Below, piece by piece: positions 21,491-32,711 of a stretch of DNA of 64,000 nt (position 1 is the first letter of the stretch; the number at the start of each line of letters is the position of its first letter). The translations under genes and the position numbers were made by a program. The notes beneath the pieces are model-generated. The model saw nothing but the letters and a program-made list of their open reading frames with translations, searched no databases and had not been told where the DNA came from. The DNA is from Alphaproteobacteria bacterium. GTDB taxonomy: Bacteria; Pseudomonadota; Alphaproteobacteria; MPNO01; UBA2964. The stretch spans positions 28,959-92,958 of the forward strand of contig WLWZ01000014.1 of assembly GCA_012103315.1 (NCBI GenBank), in the 5' to 3' direction.

Positions 21491-22618
21491 ATGAAAATAA
21501 CCCGGATTGAAGCGGTTCCCCTCAAAATTCCTGTAAATTGTGGGGATCTGGGGGTCGATCATCCGGGTTTTAACAGCATTACCCATGTCGAGGTTGAAAC
21601 CGACACTGGTCTCATTGGGTATGGTATGACATCGATAACCCAGGCTAGGCCTGTTGCAGAGGTTGTGAATTCTGTTCTCGGTCCGGAAATTGTTGGTTTG
21701 AATGCCCTCTTCCATGAAGAGGTGTGGAATCGAATGTACTGGAAGGCCACGCCATGGGGCCAAACCGGCTATGCATCGCATGCCATTAGCGCAATAGACC
21801 TCGCTTTGTGGGACATCAAAGGCAAAGCCAGTAATCAACCGGTTTGGCAGTTACTTGGCGGTGCTCGGTCCAGCCTGCCAATCTATGCCACGTGTGGCTT
21901 TTCGTTTCTCGATGATAAAGAACTTGTCGATGTTGTGAAACGAGTAGTCAGCCAAGGGTTTAAGGGTGTCAAACTACAGGTTGGTCGTCCTGGTCTTGGC
22001 GGTGAGAACATTCTTGCCCTGAATGAATTGATTAAAAGCGACATCAAACGCGTCAGAGACATTCGCAATGCTGTAGGTCCCGAAATAGAAATTGCCGTCG
22101 ATGCGGCGTGTCGGCTTGATCTGCCGAGCGCCCGCAAACTTTGCCAAGCACTAGAAGAATTGGATATCGCGTTTTTTGAAGAGCCGATTGTTCAGAATGA
22201 TGTACGCCTTATGGCAGAACTTCGTCGCGAAACCACAATCCCTATTACGGCCGGACAAAATGAAGGATTGGCTTATCGATTTCGGGACATGCTTCTGGCT
22301 GATGCCGTCGATGTCATTCAACCAAATGCGATCATTACCGGCGGCATGACGCAATGTGTTCGGATTGCCGGCTTGGCATCTGCCTTTAATGTTCCGATTT
22401 CAAATGGCGGTGGTGCTCCACTTCATAATGCGCATTTGCAGGCAGGGTTAACCGTCGGGACAGCCGTTGAATATCAGTTCAATACCGTTGCGGCGGGTGA
22501 CGCACTTTATGATCAAAAACCGATCCAGACGAATGGCATGATGGAAATGTCTAACGAGCCTGGCTTTGGTCTAGCACCCAATTCTGATGTTCTGAAATCC
22601 ACGATAGATAGCGCCTAA
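21491..22618 (+). CDS. Enolase-superfamily enzyme (mandelate racemase/muconate lactonizing enzyme family)
   Basis: MKITRIEAVPLKIPV N-terminal capping domain and TIM-barrel metal-ligand pattern. 375 aa. Confidence 0.75.
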   Translation: MKITRIEAVPLKIPVNCGDLGVDHPGFNSITHVEVETDTGLIGYGMTSITQARPVAEVVNSVLGPEIVGLNALFHEEVWNRMYWKATPWGQTGYASHAISAIDLALWDIKGKASNQPVWQLLGGARSSLPIYATCGFSFLDDKELVDVVKRVVSQGFKGVKLQVGRPGLGGENILALNELIKSDIKRVRDIRNAVGPEIEIAVDAACRLDLPSARKLCQALEELDIAFFEEPIVQNDVRLMAELRRETTIPITAGQNEGLAYRFRDMLLADAVDVIQPNAIITGGMTQCVRIAGLASAFNVPISNGGGAPLHNAHLQAGLTVGTAVEYQFNTVAAGDALYDQKPIQTNGMMEMSNEPGFGLAPNSDVLKSTIDSA

Positions 22619-22621
22619 GCG

Positions 22622-23422
22622 TTACTCCGAGACCCCGATCAAGACGCTGTCGTGATCTGCAAGATGATGCTGTGTATAGGGCGCAATCCTTCTCAGGAAT
22701 TTGAGGCGGGCCTTTCCTTCGGGGCCCATACCAACAGGTGGCGGGATGAGCGTTAAATTACGTTCGATCATCGCCTGATAACTTTCTTTAAAAGCATCAA
22801 GGCTTTTGACCTTAAAGGCAAAATGGTCAGGCCCTGCACGGGAAATACCGGTGTTGGCGTAGTTGGTAATATCCCATGGCGCGAGGACGATCGTTATCCG
22901 ACCATCGGTTACATAGTAATTCTCGTCACCCTCTTCACGATTTGCGAGACTAAGCTGTAGGACATCGCAATAGAACTCGGCGCATTTCTCGGGGTTCAAT
23001 GTCCGTAGTGCAAAATGAGAGATAGCGCGTTCCTGCTCCCATTCACCGGCGGTATATATGCCTCTTCGATTTTTCATTTTGGCTTGGGATAGATCGAACA
23101 AATTGCCGTCCGGATCATGGGTCGTGATGCCCGCGTAAGGCCGGCTACTTGGTCGCTTGAGCCATTTAATTTTTGGATAGTTCTTTTCCATCCGCTCGAA
23201 AACGCTTTCAACGTCTTTAACCTGAACACCGAAATGATCTAGTCCGCCGGGACGTCCCGGTTTACGTGGGTTAATGTTCAATCCGACATACCCATCACCT
23301 ACTGTAATGGCGCCCTGTGAAGGACCTTCGGCGCGCTTCATGTCAAAAAGAATTTCGTAGAATTGGGCTTGGAGCGAGAAGTTGCTCGACATGATGGCGA
23401 TATGATTGATCTTAGCGAACAT
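22622..23422 (-). CDS. VOC-family protein (two-domain glyoxalase/extradiol dioxygenase fold)
   Basis: Two repeated beta-alpha-beta-beta-beta modules with His/Glu metal-ligand positions. 266 aa. Confidence 0.6.
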   Translation of the reverse strand: MFAKINHIAIMSSNFSLQAQFYEILFDMKRAEGPSQGAITVGDGYVGLNINPRKPGRPGGLDHFGVQVKDVESVFERMEKNYPKIKWLKRPSSRPYAGITTHDPDGNLFDLSQAKMKNRRGIYTAGEWEQERAISHFALRTLNPEKCAEFYCDVLQLSLANREEGDENYYVTDGRITIVLAPWDITNYANTGISRAGPDHFAFKVKSLDAFKESYQAMIERNLTLIPPPVGMGPEGKARLKFLRRIAPYTQHHLADHDSVLIGVSE

Positions 23423-23552
23423 GTGGATGCCTTCGATTGCGATTTCGTTGGGTTACGAACTATCCCAATATCAACACTCTAACGGCAAAAACGATACCCG
23501 CACAAATTTCATGTGGAGATTGATTTTTTAGATAGGAATTGTCTTGAAAAGA

Positions 23553-23629
23553 TGGTGCGCCCGGCAGGATTTGAACCTGCGACCAATTGATTAAAAGTCA
23601 ACTGCTCTACCGGGCTGAGCTACGGGCGC
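23553..23629 (-). tRNA. tRNA-Lys (anticodon UUU)
   Basis: The reverse complement folds as a cloverleaf. It has a GCGCCCG/CGGGCGC acceptor stem, GGTTCAAATCC T-arm, anticodon loop CUUUUAA and an encoded CCA end. Confidence 0.8.
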
Positions 23630-23713
23630 CCGATGCTTAACCGTCGAAAATATCGACGGCGGCGCACAATATGTGGGCCACCGCCTACGGTCAATAGAAA
23701 GCTGGGAAAATCC

Positions 23714-24217
23714 CTATCTGTTCTTCACTTTTTCCTCGAGTAACTCACGGACCCGCGGAGATACAAACTGCGCGACGTCACCATTGAGGATTGCAATCTC
23801 TTTAACCAATCGTGAGGCGATAAATTGATGACGATCTGAAGCCATAAGGCAAACAGTTTCAACATCAGGCGCCAATTTGGCATTCATACTTGCCATCTGG
23901 AATTCATAATCAAAATCTGTCACGGCGCGGAGTCCCCGAATGATCACGGTAGCGCCATTGTCTTTCGCAAAATCAACCAACAGGTTGTCAAACCCTTGGA
24001 CTTCAATGCGATTGCCAACCTCACCCATGGCAGCCGCTTCGACGCGGACCATCTCGAGACGTTCTTCGAGAGAAAAAAGCGGACCCTTGCCGGCATTAAT
24101 CGCAACCCCAACGACAAGCTTATCCAACATTCTTGCCGCACGCTGGATGACATCGGTATGGCCATTGGTAATCGGGTCGAACGTACCGGGATAAATGCCA
24201 ACCAAAGGCTCAGACAT
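23714..24217 (-). CDS. coaD: Phosphopantetheine adenylyltransferase
   Basis: [14 protein letters not shown] nucleotidyltransferase motif. About 167 aa. Confidence 0.85.
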   Translation of the reverse strand: MSEPLVGIYPGTFDPITNGHTDVIQRAARMLDKLVVGVAINAGKGPLFSLEERLEMVRVEAAAMGEVGNRIEVQGFDNLLVDFAKDNGATVIIRGLRAVTDFDYEFQMASMNAKLAPDVETVCLMASDRHQFIASRLVKEIAILNGDVAQFVSPRVRELLEEKVKNR

Positions 24218-27119
24218 CATCCTCTCCATCCTCAGGAGGAGAGTCCTCTGGAACGTTTTCCTCAGTCACTTCTTCAGCTGCCGCCGTTGTCTCATTTACA
24301 GAAACTGCTTCGCCTTCGATCTCAACGACTTCGGCGCCTTGGCCCTCTTCACCATCACCATTTTCTTCGTCTTCTTCGACATCAGACAAGCGGCTGACAG
24401 AAACGACGTGTTCCTTGTCGGCAACCCGGAAGACGATAACGCCTCGGGTCGAGCGTCCGGCGATCCGAATCTCGTTGATGCCTGTGCGGATCATTTGTCC
24501 GTTATCAGTCACCAGAACGAGTTGGTCGTCATCAACGACCGGGAAGGACGCCACAACAGAGTTATCTTTACCCGTTTCGAGGTTAATATTGGCAATACCC
24601 TGCCCGCCGCGTTTGCGGACCGTGTACTCGTAAGAAGATGTTCGTTTGCCGTAACCATTAGCAGCAAGCGTCAGAATGAATTGATCCATCTCGACCATTT
24701 CGGCATAGCGCTCATCGGAAAGGCTAATCGCTTCGCTATTTTCGTTGTTTTCAGCGCCGTTGCCATTGGTTTCGGCGCCATCGTCGTTCTCGATGCGTTC
24801 GGCCCGACGGCGGCGAAGATAGGCGTCACGTTCTTCAATCGAGAAGGCTGCGTGGTTTAAGGTCGACATCGACATGACATTGTCGCCCGGTGCGAGACGG
24901 ATGCCGCGAACGCCGCTTGAAGCTCGGCCGGCAAACAGCCGTACATCAGTTGACGGGAAACGGATGCACTTTCCTTTTGCGGTCGATAGGAGAATATCTT
25001 GAACCGCCTCACAGACTGAGACACCAACTAAGCGGTCGCCATCGTTCAGCTTCATGGCGATCTTGCCATTGGCCATGACGTTAACGAAGTCGCTGAGCTT
25101 ATTCCGTCTTACACCGCCGCTCGCTGTCGCGAACATGACATCGAGCTCTTCACAGGCGGACTCATCCTCCGGTAAGGGCATCAATGTTGTGATCGTTTCG
25201 CCGTCATCAAGAGGCAGTAGATTGATCAAGGCCTTGCCTCGGGCCTGCGGTGTTCCAAGTGGCACCTTATAGACCTTCAGCTTGTAAACCATGCCACGGG
25301 AGGAAAAGAACAGAACTGGCGTATGGGTGTTCACGACATAAACGCTTGAGACGAAGTCCTCGTCCCGGGTGGACATGCCGGAGCGGCCTTTGCCGCCACG
25401 GCGTTGAGCGCGATAGGTCGAAACGGGAACGCGCTTGATATAGCCGCCATGGGTAACCGTGACGACCATATCCTCGCGTTGAATCAGGTCTTCGATATCG
25501 GCTTCAAATTCTGAATCATCTATTGTCGTCCGGCGCGGGTCTGCAAATTTCTCTTTAACCTCTAGAACTTCTTCTTTGAGGATTGCTCTGACTTTCTCAC
25601 GAGAGGCCAGAATGCCAAGATATTCGGTGATCTCGGCAGCGAGACCTTCAAGTTCTTCCGCAATCTTGCCGCGTTCAAGACCTGTAAGGCGTTGTAGGCG
25701 TAAATCAAGGATGGCGCGCGCTTGAACCTCGGACAGCTGATATTTGCCATCAACGACCATGCGGCCGGGTTCATCGATTAATTCGATTAGTGGTGCGACA
25801 TCACCAGCCGGCCAAGGGCTTTTCATGAGCCCTTCACGAGCTGTTACCGGATCCGGCGCAGCCCGGATAAGTTCAATCACCTTATCGATATTGGCGACGG
25901 CAATTACCAGCCCGACCAAGACGTGCGCCCGGTCCCTCGCCTTACCCAGTTCAAATATCGTCCGGCGAGTAATGACTTCTTCGCGGAACGCAATAAAGGC
26001 TGCCAGAACATCGCGAACAGTCATCTGTTCTGGACGTCCGCCATTCAACGCCAGCATGTTAATGCCAAAGCTGGATTGCAGCGGTGTATAACGGAACAGT
26101 TGGTTGAGAACCACTTCCGCCATGGAATCTCGTTTGATTTCGACGACAACCCGCACACCATCGCGATCAGACTCGTCACGGATATCGGAGATGCCTTCAA
26201 TCCGCTCGTCGCGCACCATTTCGGCGATACGCTCAATCATCCGGGCTTTATTTACTTGGTACGGAATCTCGGTGACGACAATCGCTTCGCGATCCTTGCG
26301 GATTTCTTCAACGTGGGTACGCCCACGGATAACCACGGAGCCACGCCCGGTATGATAGGCCTGATTGATCCCGCTGCGGCCCATGATCAAGCCGCCGGTT
26401 GGGAAATCCGGTCCTGGAATGATTTCAGTCAGTTCGTTGATCGTTAGGTCTGGATTGTCCAAAAGCGCGCATGTGCCGTCGATTACCTCGCCCAAATTAT
26501 GGGGTGGGATATTTGTCGCCATGCCAACGGCGATACCACCGGCGCCATTGACCAACAGGTTCGGAAAACGTGCAGGAAGAACTTTGGGTTCGTGGATGGT
26601 CTCGTCGTAGTTTGCCTGAAAATCAACGGTTTCACGGTCGATGTCCTGCAGTAGCTCTTCTGCTGATCGGTCCAGCCGCACTTCGGTGTAGCGCATCGCC
26701 GCAGCGCGGTCGCCGTCCATTGAGCCGAAATTACCCTGACCATCGACCAGCATAAGCCGCATCGAGAAATCCTGGGCCATGCGTACCATAGCGTCGTAAA
26801 TAGCGGTATCGCCATGGGGATGGTATTTACCCATGACATCACCGACGATGCGGGCAGATTTACGATAGGCCTTGTTCCAGTCGTACCCTTCCTCCTTCAT
26901 CGCGTAGAGAATACGACGATGAACCGGTTTCAAACCGTCGCGAACATCCGGCAGGGCTCGGCTGACAATGACGCTCATCGCATAATCGAGATACGAGGAT
27001 TTCATCTCGTCTTCGATTGAAATCGGCGTAATGTCGAATTCAGGTGGCTCTGGAGGTAGGGTTTCGGAGGTCAAATTATTATTCGCCGAGCGATTGTTTC
27101 TACAAAACAATCGGCTCAA
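24210..27119 (-). CDS. gyrA: DNA gyrase subunit A
   Basis: [28 protein letters not shown], active-site Tyr region and an acidic C-terminal tail. The N-terminus is extended about 20 aa beyond the usual start, so the start is uncertain. Confidence 0.93.
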   Translation of the reverse strand: MSRLFCRNNRSANNNLTSETLPPEPPEFDITPISIEDEMKSSYLDYAMSVIVSRALPDVRDGLKPVHRRILYAMKEEGYDWNKAYRKSARIVGDVMGKYHPHGDTAIYDAMVRMAQDFSMRLMLVDGQGNFGSMDGDRAAAMRYTEVRLDRSAEELLQDIDRETVDFQANYDETIHEPKVLPARFPNLLVNGAGGIAVGMATNIPPHNLGEVIDGTCALLDNPDLTINELTEIIPGPDFPTGGLIMGRSGINQAYHTGRGSVVIRGRTHVEEIRKDREAIVVTEIPYQVNKARMIERIAEMVRDERIEGISDIRDESDRDGVRVVVEIKRDSMAEVVLNQLFRYTPLQSSFGINMLALNGGRPEQMTVRDVLAAFIAFREEVITRRTIFELGKARDRAHVLVGLVIAVANIDKVIELIRAAPDPVTAREGLMKSPWPAGDVAPLIELIDEPGRMVVDGKYQLSEVQARAILDLRLQRLTGLERGKIAEELEGLAAEITEYLGILASREKVRAILKEEVLEVKEKFADPRRTTIDDSEFEADIEDLIQREDMVVTVTHGGYIKRVPVSTYRAQRRGGKGRSGMSTRDEDFVSSVYVVNTHTPVLFFSSRGMVYKLKVYKVPLGTPQARGKALINLLPLDDGETITTLMPLPEDESACEELDVMFATASGGVRRNKLSDFVNVMANGKIAMKLNDGDRLVGVSVCEAVQDILLSTAKGKCIRFPSTDVRLFAGRASSGVRGIRLAPGDNVMSMSTLNHAAFSIEERDAYLRRRRAERIENDDGAETNGNGAENNENSEAISLSDERYAEMVEMDQFILTLAANGYGKRTSSYEYTVRKRGGQGIANINLETGKDNSVVASFPVVDDDQLVLVTDNGQMIRTGINEIRIAGRSTRGVIVFRVADKEHVVSVSRLSDVEEDEENGDGEEGQGAEVVEIEGEAVSVNETTAAAEEVTEENVPEDSPPEDGEDDV

Positions 27120-27289
27120 AAAAGACGACTGTTTAACTAAGGGAGATTACCAGAAACAAGAGAATCGGACAACCAAACGCCCGCTCAACGACGACAGTTA
27201 TTTCTTTTATAAAACAAATACTTATGAGTTATTTTTAGAGGTGAACTAAATCGCGGGAAAGCCCAGTTGATTTTGGTTCAATGTAAGCT

Positions 27290-27760
27290 CTAAAAGGGGA
27301 TTTCGTCGTCGAGATCACCACCACCACCGCCGCTGATTGCATCGGGTGCTGCCGTCGGCGCCGCCATTTCACTCGACCCACCATAGTCGCCGCCACCGGC
27401 AGAGTCGCCTCGGCCACCGAGCATCGTCAGTTCACCGCGGAAGCGTTGCAGAACAACTTCGGTGGAGTATTTTTCTTGACCAGACTGATCGGTCCATTTC
27501 CGAGTTTGGAGTTGTCCTTCGATATAGACTGTGGAGCCCTTACGTAAATATTTTTGGGCAATTTCAGCGAGTTTCTCATTGAAGATGACAACGCGGTGCC
27601 ACTCGGTCCGTTCGCGTCGTTCACCTGAGTTGCGGTCTCGCCAGCTTTCGGACGTCGCGATTGACATATTCACCACAGGATTTCCATCCTGCATGTTCCG
27701 GGTTTCTGGGTCGCGCCCAAGATTGCCGATCAAGATTACCTTATTGACACTTCCAGCCAT
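27290..27760 (-). CDS. ssb: Single-stranded DNA-binding protein
   Basis: OB-fold N-terminus ([15 protein letters not shown]), Gly-rich linker and DLDDEIPF acidic tail. Confidence 0.9.
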   Translation of the reverse strand: MAGSVNKVILIGNLGRDPETRNMQDGNPVVNMSIATSESWRDRNSGERRERTEWHRVVIFNEKLAEIAQKYLRKGSTVYIEGQLQTRKWTDQSGQEKYSTEVVLQRFRGELTMLGGRGDSAGGGDYGGSSEMAAPTAAPDAISGGGGGDLDDEIPF

Positions 27761-27912
27761 GACGTCCTCTTTTCCATCCCGAGATATGAGCAATCATCAT
27801 AGCGGAATCACTCTGCATACACACCCATCCCGTTCAGGAATCGGTGGATATCTTGCATGAGAGAAAGACTTGGGAGACAGTGCCCTAAGCTGATGAAAAA
27901 AGGACGTTCGTT

Positions 27913-29010
27913 ATGAGTAAAGTCGGTGTCATCGGGGGTGTTTGCACGACGCATGCTCCCCAACTTTGGACTCTCCCCGAATCGGAAGACCCCAATGTGG
28001 TCAACCGGGTGAAAGATCTCCTTACCGGCGTTGGTGACAAACTCAAGGCTATGAAGCCCGATATTTGCATTGTCATCGCCAATGATCATGCGCATCAGTT
28101 TCTACTGCACTGCACAGCCAGCTTCACGATGCATATTGGCGGTGTAGCGGAAGGGAGTTTTGCCGGCCGTGATTATGAATATCCAGTCGCCAGTCAGGCA
28201 TCCCTGGACCTCCTCCGCTATGCCCAACGTAATAACGTTGATCCCGCGTTCACCAGTAACGCCAAGATCGATTATGCCTTTGGCATTCCGCTGGATTTCA
28301 CCGGCATAGATAACATCCCGATCCTACCAATTTTCGTGAATGCCTACGTCCCACCACAGCCTTCTATAGAAAGATGTTTTGCTTTTGGTCGTATCCTTGG
28401 AGACGGGATTAAGGCCTTGGGCCTACGCGCCGTCGTCGTCTGTAGTGGTGGTCTTTCACATTACCCTGGCACCGAACGCTATATGGACCCGGGCCCTGAC
28501 GAAGAATTTGATCGTCATTTCATGGGCATGATGGAACGAGGTGAGCTCCGCTACTTACTGGCCCTCGATGAAAAGAAACTCGATGAAACAGGTAATATTG
28601 AGCTGCGCTGCTGGGGTGTTGCGGCGGGTATGATTGGAGAACGCCCGCCTGACGTCACTAATTTTGAACCAACCTGGCATCATAATTACGGAACCGTGGC
28701 CTGGACAAACGAGCCTGAAGAAGAAACTTTCGAGCCGCATTACCCCCACATTCATCCGGAGCGAGTGGTATTGTCGGAGACGCTGCATAATCTTGCCGGA
28801 GATCGAAATGAACGGGAAAGATACTTGGCCGACCCAACAGCCTACGCAGCAGCAATTGAAGGCCTCAGCGAAGAAGAACGCAAAGCGCTCGTTGCGTTGG
28901 ATCAGTCTGAAATGATTGCGATGGGCATGCACCCGTTCGTACCACACAGCTTTAGACGGGTTCTGGAGCGCGCGGGTATCCTCGAGGCTGCAGCACCACC
29001 CAAGAAATAA
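27913..29010 (+). CDS. Class III extradiol ring-cleavage dioxygenase (LigB family) with a fused LigA-like C-terminal domain
   Basis: LigB-type N-terminal domain (VIANDHAH, His ligands). The C-terminal region (GLSEEERKALVALD) resembles the LigA/GalA C-terminal domain. Confidence 0.65.
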   Translation: MSKVGVIGGVCTTHAPQLWTLPESEDPNVVNRVKDLLTGVGDKLKAMKPDICIVIANDHAHQFLLHCTASFTMHIGGVAEGSFAGRDYEYPVASQASLDLLRYAQRNNVDPAFTSNAKIDYAFGIPLDFTGIDNIPILPIFVNAYVPPQPSIERCFAFGRILGDGIKALGLRAVVVCSGGLSHYPGTERYMDPGPDEEFDRHFMGMMERGELRYLLALDEKKLDETGNIELRCWGVAAGMIGERPPDVTNFEPTWHHNYGTVAWTNEPEEETFEPHYPHIHPERVVLSETLHNLAGDRNERERYLADPTAYAAAIEGLSEEERKALVALDQSEMIAMGMHPFVPHSFRRVLERAGILEAAAPPKK

Positions 29011-29013
29011 ACG

Positions 29014-29736
29014 CTAGCTACGCCCTTCCGCCTTATCGAGCTTACGGTTGTGATAGCGCCACAGGTTCGTGACGATACGCGTATAGAGGATAGCTTCATC
29101 CTTCATGCCGGTGTTGACCTTCCATTGCCAGTCGGCCCCGGTTGCCATCATCGCAAGCTGCTCTTTACAGGCCTGTTCAATCGCAATGCCCATGATGACG
29201 CAATGCTCGATTGAGGTACCACAGAACGTCACGCCATGATTGCGCAAAAGAACCGCCCAGGCGTCGCCAAGCGCTTCTGCCATACCATTGGCGTCCTCCA
29301 TATTACGGACTAAGGCTAGGGTTTTCTCAAAGACCTGAACCTTACCACCAAAGTAAGACCCATTATGGCCAATACCGACGAGCTTTTCATTCGTCGCGGA
29401 AAGCAGAATACAATTCATTGGATGGGTATGACCCACGCAATCGACATCAGGGCGTGCCAGGAGGACGGCTGCGTGGATCGGCCATTCGGAGTGGCGATGC
29501 CCTTCGCTGCCTTCCAGGACTTTGCCTTCCCAGTCAATGAGATGCAGATCAGATGCCTCTATTTCATCGAGGCCGATTTCCTGACATTTCATCCAGAGGC
29601 CGCGCCCTTCGGGGTCGCGCCAGGACAAATGGCCAAGCGTCGCATCGAGATGGCCGTTGGCAGCGATAATGCGATAGCCGCGCGCGAGATTTTCTAAATT
29701 GGTCGCGATATCGATCGTTTCATTATTTGTCATGGT
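29014..29736 (-). CDS. Class II aldolase/adducin-family protein
   Basis: GHTHPMNCILLSATNEKLVGIGHNGSYFGG metal-binding His motif of the fuculose-phosphate aldolase family. The start is taken at MTNNETID. Confidence 0.7.
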   Translation of the reverse strand, partial: TMTNNETIDIATNLENLARGYRIIAANGHLDATLGHLSWRDPEGRGLWMKCQEIGLDEIEASDLHLIDWEGKVLEGSEGHRHSEWPIHAAVLLARPDVDCVGHTHPMNCILLSATNEKLVGIGHNGSYFGGKVQVFEKTLALVRNMEDANGMAEALGDAWAVLLRNHGVTFCGTSIEHCVIMGIAIEQACKEQLAMMATGADWQWKVNTGMKDEAILYTRIVTNLWRYHNRKLDKAEGRS

Positions 29737-29981
29737 GAGCCCCTGTTGCGAGTTTTGTGGAGGCAAGGTATCGCAAAGCGGACGACGCAACAATGAAACG
29801 CCGTTCATAACCAATCATGAAGTAAGAGTGGTCGACGGCACCTGGCCATCAAGGGGGGGAAGCGGAACAGCCTAAAAACTAAAGACACCACCGACCACAA
29901 GGTGATGATGGCAAAAACGTTTTAAGGCAGCGTTGCCAAAGACGGTTAACATTCGTTAGCTATAATCGTTCTGCTCAAACC

Positions 29982-30935
29982 CTAGTAACCACCCAGAAAA
30001 TTCTTCGGCTCGCCCTTAAGAAAAGCGTCGATGGCCTCAATGTAACCGTTGAAGTAGCTACCGTAATTGTCTTGTTCAACATAGCCGAGATGCGGCGTAA
30101 TCACGGTATTGTCGAGACCGCGGAACGGATGGTCTGCCGGGAGGGGCTCAACACTGAAGACGTCAATTCCGGCGCCCCCGATTGCTTTTCGTTTTAGACA
30201 GTCTACCAAAGCATCCTCGTCAATAATTGGGCCTCGCGCTGTGTTGACGATATAGGCGGTTGATTTCATGCGGGCGAGATCATCTGCGCCAATGAGTCCC
30301 CTTGTTCGATCACTCAGGATCAGGTGGATAGTCAGATAATCAGACTGGACCATCAGATCGTCTTTGCTGACCAGCTGCACGCCGAATTCATCGCAGCGTT
30401 CCTGTGTCAGGTTTTGACTCCAGGCGATGACGTTCATGTCAAACGCCTTGGCAATAACAGCCATCCTGCTGCCAAGATTACCTAACCCGGCAATCCCGAG
30501 TGTTTTTCCGATAAGCCCTTCGCCGACAGTTTGCTGCCAGCCCCCTGCTCGAATATTACTATCCTCAGCTGGAATTTTCCGTGCGAGGCCGAGGATAAGT
30601 CCCCAGGCAAGCTCGGCGGTTGGTTTGCCGACGCTCTTGCTACCACAGACGATGACGTCATTATCTTTGGCCGCATCCGTGTCGATGCCGCGATTACGCA
30701 TGCCGCTTGAAATAATGAGTTTCAGGTTAGGGAGTTTCTCGATCAATGAGCGTGGGAATGGTGTCCGTTCGCGCATTGCGCAGATGATTTCATAATCTTG
30801 TAAACGGGCTGCCACCGCATCCTCGTCATGGATATGATCTGAATACACATCGACCGCAGCTTGGCTGGTAACCGATGACCAGTCAGCACTCTCCAAGGCA
30901 GTGTTTTGATAATCATCTAAAATCGCTACGCGCAT
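29982..30935 (-). CDS. D-isomer-specific 2-hydroxyacid dehydrogenase (NAD-binding)
   Basis: GIAGLGNLGSRMA Rossmann motif and catalytic R/E/H pattern. The start is assigned at MRVAILDDYQ (30935). Confidence 0.75.
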   Translation of the reverse strand: MRVAILDDYQNTALESADWSSVTSQAAVDVYSDHIHDEDAVAARLQDYEIICAMRERTPFPRSLIEKLPNLKLIISSGMRNRGIDTDAAKDNDVIVCGSKSVGKPTAELAWGLILGLARKIPAEDSNIRAGGWQQTVGEGLIGKTLGIAGLGNLGSRMAVIAKAFDMNVIAWSQNLTQERCDEFGVQLVSKDDLMVQSDYLTIHLILSDRTRGLIGADDLARMKSTAYIVNTARGPIIDEDALVDCLKRKAIGGAGIDVFSVEPLPADHPFRGLDNTVITPHLGYVEQDNYGSYFNGYIEAIDAFLKGEPKNFLGGY

Positions 30936-31018
30936 CACTCGTCTCTTGTTGAAATTTGCGTCATGATGGTTGTCAAAGGGCATGCTGACAATGCTGATTT
31001 GCAGATTGGGAGAACGAA

Positions 31019-31768
31019 ATGTCATCAATGGTAGGAAAAGTTGTTTTGATAACGGGTGCTGGTTCTGGGTTGGGACAAAGTCATGCTGCCCTGCTCTCCG
31101 AATATGGGGCCGATATCATCGTTCAGGACATCAATCCAGATGGTGCAGCCAAAACCGCTGAGATGGTTTCGGGAAATGGCACGAGAGTTCATGTGATGAT
31201 CGGCGATGTTCGAGATTCAGATGGCTTCGCTAATCTCGCAAAAGCAGCACAATCTGACCTCGGCCCGGTTGATGTGTTGGTCAATAACGCAGGGATCAGT
31301 AGCCGCGGTCGTATGTTTGAAGAAATTGACGATGAGATTATGGCAGAGATGTTTGATATCAACGTCAAAGGCGCCTACGTCGCAACGCGGGCGGTTTTAG
31401 CAGGTATGAAAGAACGCCAGGCCGGTCGGATCATTAACACGTCTTCAGTCTTCGGAATGGCGGGCACAACACAGGGGTCGCATTACTGTGGTGCCAAAGC
31501 GGCTCTTATTGGTTTGACCAAAGCCTGGGCAAAGGAATTTGCCCCCTGGCACATCCTGGTGAATGCCGTAGCCCCGGGCTTTATCCCGACGCCTATGACC
31601 AATCGACCGGGGAAAGACGAGCTTCGTGAGGCGCGGATTGCCAGTGTGCCGTTGGGACATGAAGGCTTACCAGACAATATTTCACACGCCGTCGCCTATT
31701 TCGCCTCGGAAGGCAGCAAATATGTCACCGGACAGGTTCTTAGCCCGAATGGTGGCGTTGTTATTTAA
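31019..31768 (+). CDS. SDR-family oxidoreductase
   Basis: TGAGSGLG cofactor motif, NNAG and the S...YxxxK catalytic triad pattern. 249 aa. Confidence 0.8.
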   Translation: MSSMVGKVVLITGAGSGLGQSHAALLSEYGADIIVQDINPDGAAKTAEMVSGNGTRVHVMIGDVRDSDGFANLAKAAQSDLGPVDVLVNNAGISSRGRMFEEIDDEIMAEMFDINVKGAYVATRAVLAGMKERQAGRIINTSSVFGMAGTTQGSHYCGAKAALIGLTKAWAKEFAPWHILVNAVAPGFIPTPMTNRPGKDELREARIASVPLGHEGLPDNISHAVAYFASEGSKYVTGQVLSPNGGVVI

Positions 31769-31782
31769 CAGAGGAGCAAGAC

Positions 31783-32709
31783 ATGATTATCGATACGCAT
31801 ATTCACGTTTGGAGCTACCCTGCCCTCGCTGATGCACGAGACCATATAAAATCAACCAAAGATCTGGTGAGTTTTCGTAGCCGCTGCCCGGACCTTTATG
31901 ATCGGACGTTAACGGAAGATCCGATTGATAATTCGGATCAGTTGATCGCCGACATGGATGAGTTTGGGATTGACCGGGCTTTCGTACAGGCACGCCCCGG
32001 ATCGGTCACCAACGATCAGGTCGCATTGTCTGTTGAACGACACCCTGACCGCCTCTATGGCCTGATGCGAATTGGTCACGATCAGGAAGCCGCGTATGAA
32101 TATTTGGAAGACCCGGCTCCCGTCCGTGACGGCGCGGCGGATGAGGTCGCCCATTGTATCGAAGATTTGGGTATGATCGGTCTTGGTGAAATTTTTATCC
32201 GTGCGATGACGGCGGAGGTCGATCCCGAAAAAATCGCCAAAGACCTCGTCCCAATGATGGATGCCGTCAATCACTATAAGGTACCGGTGCAGTTTCCAAC
32301 GGCATGGTCACAGTTTCCCGGCGGATTGTTTTATGGTCATCCGGTATGGGCTGATGAGGTCGCCGCTCGTTATCCGGATGTTCCGATCATCCTTACCAAG
32401 ATGGGACGAAGCCTGATTACTTATTTTGAGCCCTGTATGGCCGTGGGAATGCGCAACGAGAATGTTTATTTCGATGTGGTTGGAACGAATGCTGATCATT
32501 TAAGACAAGCACTCGATCTATTGGGGTCTGAGCGGATTATGTTTGGCTCGGATTGGTCTGCGACCTGGAGCTGTGTTCGCGAACCCGCCCCGCTCTACAC
32601 CATGCGGCTTAAAGTCCTGGAAGATGCAGGGTGTACGGAGGAAGAACGCGAGAACATTCTGTGGCGTAACGCGGCGCGGTTGTTCAAGCTAAACGATATT
32701 GCGAATTAG
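31783..32709 (+). CDS. Amidohydrolase-2 family metal-dependent hydrolase (LigI/LigJ/ACMSD-like TIM barrel)
   Basis: MIIDTHIHVW N-terminal HxH metal motif and conserved downstream His/Asp. 308 aa. Confidence 0.7.
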   Translation: MIIDTHIHVWSYPALADARDHIKSTKDLVSFRSRCPDLYDRTLTEDPIDNSDQLIADMDEFGIDRAFVQARPGSVTNDQVALSVERHPDRLYGLMRIGHDQEAAYEYLEDPAPVRDGAADEVAHCIEDLGMIGLGEIFIRAMTAEVDPEKIAKDLVPMMDAVNHYKVPVQFPTAWSQFPGGLFYGHPVWADEVAARYPDVPIILTKMGRSLITYFEPCMAVGMRNENVYFDVVGTNADHLRQALDLLGSERIMFGSDWSATWSCVREPAPLYTMRLKVLEDAGCTEEERENILWRNAARLFKLNDIAN

Positions 32710-32711
32710 GT

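Noticed and set aside
23553-23629. Possibility that the tRNA is tRNA-Sec, supporting the selenoprotein call
   Set aside because: The anticodon loop reads CUUUUAA, giving anticodon UUU (Lys) with a normal-length acceptor and no long variable arm. It is not selC.
24195-27119. Multiple plus-strand ORFs (60-220 aa) inside gyrA
   Set aside because: All are antisense to gyrA, whose homology is unambiguous, so they are shadow ORFs.
27761-27912. LexA (GTTC-N7-GTTC) boxes in the ssb and uvrA promoter regions
   Set aside because: Only single GTTC half-sites were seen (for example gttcaggaatcggtg and gttcgtttgaagac), with no proper direct repeat. No SOS box is claimed.
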